Below are positions 27,246 through 30,821 of a DNA stretch of 30,821 nt, in pieces (within the stretch, counting starts at the first letter, position 1; each line of letters begins with the position of its first letter). Source of the stretch: a virus (lineage: Duplodnaviria; Heunggongvirae; Uroviricota; Caudoviricetes); the IMG/VR virus record IMGVR_UViG_2713896904_000004. One strand, given 5' to 3'. The notes under the pieces were generated by a model. The model did not search any database, was not told the DNA's origin, and saw only the letters and a list, made by a program, of their open reading frames with translations. The translations under genes and the position numbers were made by a program.

Positions 27246-28421
27246 ATGGATATAACTTGTTTAGAATGTGGCAATGTTCTTGACGACCCAACTGTAGCTT
27301 GCGATAAATGCGGCGCCACGCCTCATGTTGTAGTGCTGGGCAAACAATCGTACTTTCCTATTGGTGCTGTAACAGCAAATCTTGAAAAAAATGATTCAAG
27401 AGCATTTGATTATCGATTAGGTGAAGTTTGGGATCTAAAAAATGAAGTCACATCTGAATTCATAACCAGAATTGAGAAAAAATTTAGCCGAAAAAACAAA
27501 TTTCATAACTTCCTAGACTCAGATCACAACCCTTCATCCATTCCTACGATCCTAAAAAAATACATTAATAAAAATAATGAATTCATTGATTTATCTAGAG
27601 CTATAATAGAGAAGCTTAAACATAATGCTAATAACGAATCGAGAGTTGCCCAACTTCAGGGGGGGAGCGTTGTTTTCATCCACTATAAGTCTACCGAACC
27701 AGAGGATTTGGGAAAACTTCTAATCGTAATGGTTGATAAACAAAGCGCCTATGACTTTGATTCGGATAAGTTGACCCCAACAAGATTAAATCCAATTAAT
27801 ACCGATGCCTTACGGCAGGCTGCGATGTTCGATTTAACTTTATTCGAAGCCAGTTATCCAGAAAACAAGGGTGACTCATATGTACATTTCTTGCAAGGTA
27901 AATCTAAAAGCGATTTTTTCAAAGACTCATTAGGTTGCCGACATGATTCGGACAATAAAAGAAGCATTCAGCAATTATTCAGTGCTATAGATATTTTTGC
28001 TAGTAAAAACTCACTCGGTCGTGTACTGCGTGATACTATTGACAATGAAGTTAAATCCTTACTGGAAAAAAAATCAAAAGATAAATACGGAAATAAGTCC
28101 GTTAAGATAGAGGATATTTCAAAAATAATTGACTCATGCCTGACTGATTCACACAAATGTAAGGGAACGTTTGTCGATTTTGTTAATCTTAATGGTTTCC
28201 AGATTGATCCTCAATTTGAACCAACTCCTAAAGCAGCTGAAAGCGCGCTTACAATTGAAGTGGCAGATAACGACAATAATTTTAAGTTGAAAATAATGCG
28301 TGGAGCTATTGGAGACGAAAAGTCAAATAAGCCTGTAATTCTCACTGACAACAAATGCGAAATTGTGATAAAATTGAGTCAGGCAAATTATGATGAACTC
28401 AAAAGATATAGAGACAGCTAA
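27246..28421 (+). CDS. Cargo protein A: N-terminal Zn-ribbon (CxxC-x10-CxxC) protein with possible NA37/YejK-like nucleoid-associated domain, 391 aa
   Basis: Clean ATG start; AT-rich; Cys5, Cys8, Cys19, Cys22; blocks GGSVVFIHY, LLIVMVD, NPINTDALRQAAMFDLT and YVHFLQGKSKSDFFKDSLG resemble, from memory, conserved blocks of NdpA/YejK. No hydrophobic helices, no Walker A. Confidence 0.75.
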   Translation: MDITCLECGNVLDDPTVACDKCGATPHVVVLGKQSYFPIGAVTANLEKNDSRAFDYRLGEVWDLKNEVTSEFITRIEKKFSRKNKFHNFLDSDHNPSSIPTILKKYINKNNEFIDLSRAIIEKLKHNANNESRVAQLQGGSVVFIHYKSTEPEDLGKLLIVMVDKQSAYDFDSDKLTPTRLNPINTDALRQAAMFDLTLFEASYPENKGDSYVHFLQGKSKSDFFKDSLGCRHDSDNKRSIQQLFSAIDIFASKNSLGRVLRDTIDNEVKSLLEKKSKDKYGNKSVKIEDISKIIDSCLTDSHKCKGTFVDFVNLNGFQIDPQFEPTPKAAESALTIEVADNDNNFKLKIMRGAIGDEKSNKPVILTDNKCEIVIKLSQANYDELKRYRDS

Positions 28422-28423
28422 TA

Positions 28424-29638
28424 ATGACAATTGCTGATGACTTATCAAGATTAGCGCAGATTATTAACGGAGCCTCAAGCAGAGTTGAGGGCTACTACAC
28501 TGTCATAAGTCTTGAAGAAAGCATTGTTATTGTAAATAGTTCTGAAATAATTAGACTGTTACAATCTATAGGTTATAAAAAGGCAACAAACTGCATCGAA
28601 AATAATGAAATTTGGCTAGATCGCCAAGCTTCATCTTGGGATGACGCTATAATTTATGAGAATGTTGAGTCTTTTTGGTCTAGAGTAAACACCCAAAACG
28701 CTCTTCCGAAAAATTATATCATCGGAACGCCGTTAATACTCCCTACTTCTAAGAATGAAAGCATCGAAAAAATCCATATTTTCTTTATGTGGAAAGATAT
28801 CCTTTCATTAATTGCTGATCATCATAACAGTGACTGCTCTGTCTTATTTTTCACCAATGAAGACAAAAGTTATACAGTCGAACTCACGCATTTTTTACAA
28901 TATAGCGAGATTAATCGCTTATCGAACTCGTCTCTTAAATATGAAATTATAAAGGAGCTTCTCGACACAATAAAAATCAATGATTTACACAAAAGCGAGC
29001 GCAAGCTCGTTATACGTTCAGCCATAAACGAAGTATTTAAAGCAAATGGTACATTCAATTTCTTTGACTTGCTTAACTCTACTGAACTCGTCAGAAAAAA
29101 ATATGATGAACTATATGAGATTTACACAAAGAGGTTTTCTGTAAATAAAATTCTTAACGAACTCGATGAGAAAAATCTTGAGTTCACGAGTAAAATTAAC
29201 GAATTCATATCATCTAATCAGACAAAAGCATTGACTATTCCCGGTGCATTAATAGCAGCTGGTGGCTTAGTGAAGGCTAATGAAACAACCGAAGCAATAT
29301 TGATTATCGCAGGACTTTGGATGATAAAAAAAGTCAATTACATTTCTATTGAGATATTCAATGAAACATTCGACAACTTACGTTCTCGAGTGGAGTCCGC
29401 TTTCGATAAGTATTTAAAGTTTGAAGAAAATAAAGAAATCAAAGATAATGCAGATAGTATTAAGAGTAGCATTACAGGTTTGATTGATAAAGCTAAAAAA
29501 AGGATGAGAACTGTTAAATATCTCGCATCAGCCATGTTTTATGGAGGCCTTATTTACGTTGGATATAAACAGTTCCCAGTCTTTTTTGAAAAATCGGCAG
29601 TAAATCTATTTTATTTTTTATGCCATACTATAAGCTAA
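28424..29638 (+). CDS. Cargo protein B: 404-aa protein with C-terminal hydrophobic segments (putative membrane effector), translationally coupled to A
   Basis: ATG 2 nt after the stop of A; hydrophobic stretches at residues 269-301 (ALTIPGALIAAGGLV / AILIIAGLWMI) and 366-388 (YLASAMFYGGLIYVGYKQFPVFF); no catalytic motif recognised; 3' end overlaps the Q gene on the other strand. Confidence 0.75.
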   Translation: MTIADDLSRLAQIINGASSRVEGYYTVISLEESIVIVNSSEIIRLLQSIGYKKATNCIENNEIWLDRQASSWDDAIIYENVESFWSRVNTQNALPKNYIIGTPLILPTSKNESIEKIHIFFMWKDILSLIADHHNSDCSVLFFTNEDKSYTVELTHFLQYSEINRLSNSSLKYEIIKELLDTIKINDLHKSERKLVIRSAINEVFKANGTFNFFDLLNSTELVRKKYDELYEIYTKRFSVNKILNELDEKNLEFTSKINEFISSNQTKALTIPGALIAAGGLVKANETTEAILIIAGLWMIKKVNYISIEIFNETFDNLRSRVESAFDKYLKFEENKEIKDNADSIKSSITGLIDKAKKRMRTVKYLASAMFYGGLIYVGYKQFPVFFEKSAVNLFYFLCHTIS

Positions 29639-29974
29639 CATTGCTAAACAGCCGTCAACAAACCCCATGGCAGTCTGCAATTCCTTCCTAATTGTGCCAT
29701 CTGAACATCTTCTCTTCTTGGCAATAGTGCGTAATGAGATACCAATAACAAAGTGAGCTATGAGCAGCTCATATTCCTCTGGTTTATACTTTCGCAACCG
29801 AGCCACACAACCGTCTATCATGATGCCTTCATCATCATCACACTGGAGACGTGACTTTTTACCGTGTGGTAAAAGTCCCTTGAAACCAGCCGCTATCGGC
29901 TGCCAGTCCACACCACTATTTTCTGCTGCAGCCCATGCTCCCCAGCGGTCCAATACTTCATACATATCACGCAT
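29618..29974 (-). CDS. Late-gene antiterminator Q (QuuD-like family), 118 aa from ATG 29974
   Basis: MRDMYEVLDRWGAWAA...WQPIAAGFKGLL...CDDDEGIMIDGC...CSDG matches, by recall, DLP12 QuuD (MRDIQMVLERWGAWAA...SIAAGFKGLI...). Located upstream of the lysis cassette. The track ORF has 5 extra N-terminal codons. Confidence 0.7.
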   Translation of the reverse strand: MRDMYEVLDRWGAWAAAENSGVDWQPIAAGFKGLLPHGKKSRLQCDDDEGIMIDGCVARLRKYKPEEYELLIAHFVIGISLRTIAKKRRCSDGTIRKELQTAMGFVDGCLAMLAYSMA

Positions 29975-29991
29975 CAACTTTCTCCACAAAA

Positions 29992-30821
29992 TCAGGCCAG
30001 CACGCCAATTGCCAGCGCACGATCGATAAAACGAAATATCAGCTCCAGCTGGGAGCCATACTTCTCTTCAAATGCCACGGTATCCGCATGCAGCTCGTCG
30101 TGATGCTTTCTGCACAAAGGCAACACAAAAAGGTCATGCGCTTTTGTTCCCATTCCACCCTGACCGTAACCTATCAGGTGATGGGGATCATCAGCGGGCC
30201 TTCCACAACATGCACACGGCTGTGTCTTAACCCAGCGCGTGTACTTTTCATTAACCCAGCGGCGACGTTTGGGGCGTAACATAAAAGACTCCGGCGACTC
30301 CGGATCCACTTTCAGCGCCAGCACCTTTTTCGCCTTATCCAGGATGATGCTGGTGGCAGGAACCGAAGGCACAAGGTCACTTTCCCGGGTGACAGACGGC
30401 ACAACAGGCTTCGGTAATCTCAGTGCCTTACGGGCTGCACTTTCCGGTAAGGCATCCGCCAGATCATTACGAATCAGCCACCAGCACAGTTCCGGCATTG
30501 TCACAACGTGACTGTCATCAAAACCGAGATCCCGACGCACAACAGACAACACCCAGCGGGCACAGTTATCCGTTGCCATTGTTTCCAGCCGTTCCGTGAA
30601 CTGATCGCGCAGCTGGTTATCGCAGTGCCAGCACAGACGGATTGCTCCCGGAGCGTGCCGCATTGTGGTCATGTTCTCGCTGTGCCAGTCGGAATGAGGC
30701 CACTGACAGCCCTTTTCACGAAGTAACCAGCTTTCAAGACATTCCACGCCACCAGCACGACGGATCACTGCCTCATAGCGGAACACGGCCCGAACGGCAG
30801 GATCATCCGCCAGCGGTTGTG
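29992..30821 (-). CDS. DUF968 (YdfU-like) phage protein with C-terminal Cys/His-rich HNH-like motif; 5' end probably outside the window
   Basis: C-terminus CACCGRPADDPHHLIGYGQGGMGTKAHDLFVLPLCRKHHDELH. The track start at 30786 is a GTG with open frame upstream to the window edge. Lies just upstream of Q, as ydfU does beside quuQ in Qin. Confidence 0.5.
   Translation of the reverse strand, partial: QPLADDPAVRAVFRYEAVIRRAGGVECLESWLLREKGCQWPHSDWHSENMTTMRHAPGAIRLCWHCDNQLRDQFTERLETMATDNCARWVLSVVRRDLGFDDSHVVTMPELCWWLIRNDLADALPESAARKALRLPKPVVPSVTRESDLVPSVPATSIILDKAKKVLALKVDPESPESFMLRPKRRRWVNEKYTRWVKTQPCACCGRPADDPHHLIGYGQGGMGTKAHDLFVLPLCRKHHDELHADTVAFEEKYGSQLELIFRFIDRALAIGVLA

Larger units (their letters stand above)
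3180..30821. mobile_element. e14-like prophage integrated in icd; late/structural half through Q, continuing beyond the window end
   Basis: icd 3' fragment at the junction, then mcrA, pin and invertible tail-fibre segment as at the e14 right end, followed by complete tail, head, terminase, lysis and Q modules all on the minus strand. Left boundary about 3180; the integrase end is outside the window. Confidence 0.85.

Noticed and set aside
1-30821. CRISPR arrays, tRNA or rRNA genes
   Set aside because: No regularly spaced direct repeats and no recognisable tRNA/rRNA sequence were seen; integration is in a protein-coding gene (icd), not a tRNA.

Overview
The window is a chromosome–prophage junction. 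Positions 1–3014 are host flank, 3015–3179 is a 165-bp icd 3' fragment, and about 3180 to the window end (>27.6 kb) is the late half of an e14-like prophage integrated in icd. The host flank holds a truncated ORF, a LysR-family regulator divergent from a Cys-type alpha/beta hydrolase, and the icd terminator hairpin. All prophage core genes read on the minus strand: mcrA, the pin invertase with a 1.9-kb invertible tail-fibre segment, a Mu-like contractile tail and baseplate module, an HK97-like head module, terminase, HNH endonuclease, a lambda-like lysis cassette, a QuuD-like antiterminator Q and a DUF968-like gene that runs off the window. Two AT-rich cargo islands sit on the plus strand, opposite to late transcription, at the classic lambdoid moron slots. 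The most interesting is the two-gene operon at 27246–29638 between Q and the holin: a 391-aa Zn-ribbon protein with possible NA37/YejK-like blocks, coupled to a 404-aa protein with C-terminal hydrophobic segments. I propose it as a candidate undescribed phage-defence or lysogenic-conversion module. The second island (24585–25608, between Rz1 and cos) encodes a small acidic protein and a 208-aa protein with a possible PD-(D/E)xK-like motif. No rRNA, tRNA or CRISPR array was recognised. Everything is from reading the sequence and ORF track; no searches were run, family assignments are from memory of conserved motifs, and GC statements are by eye.
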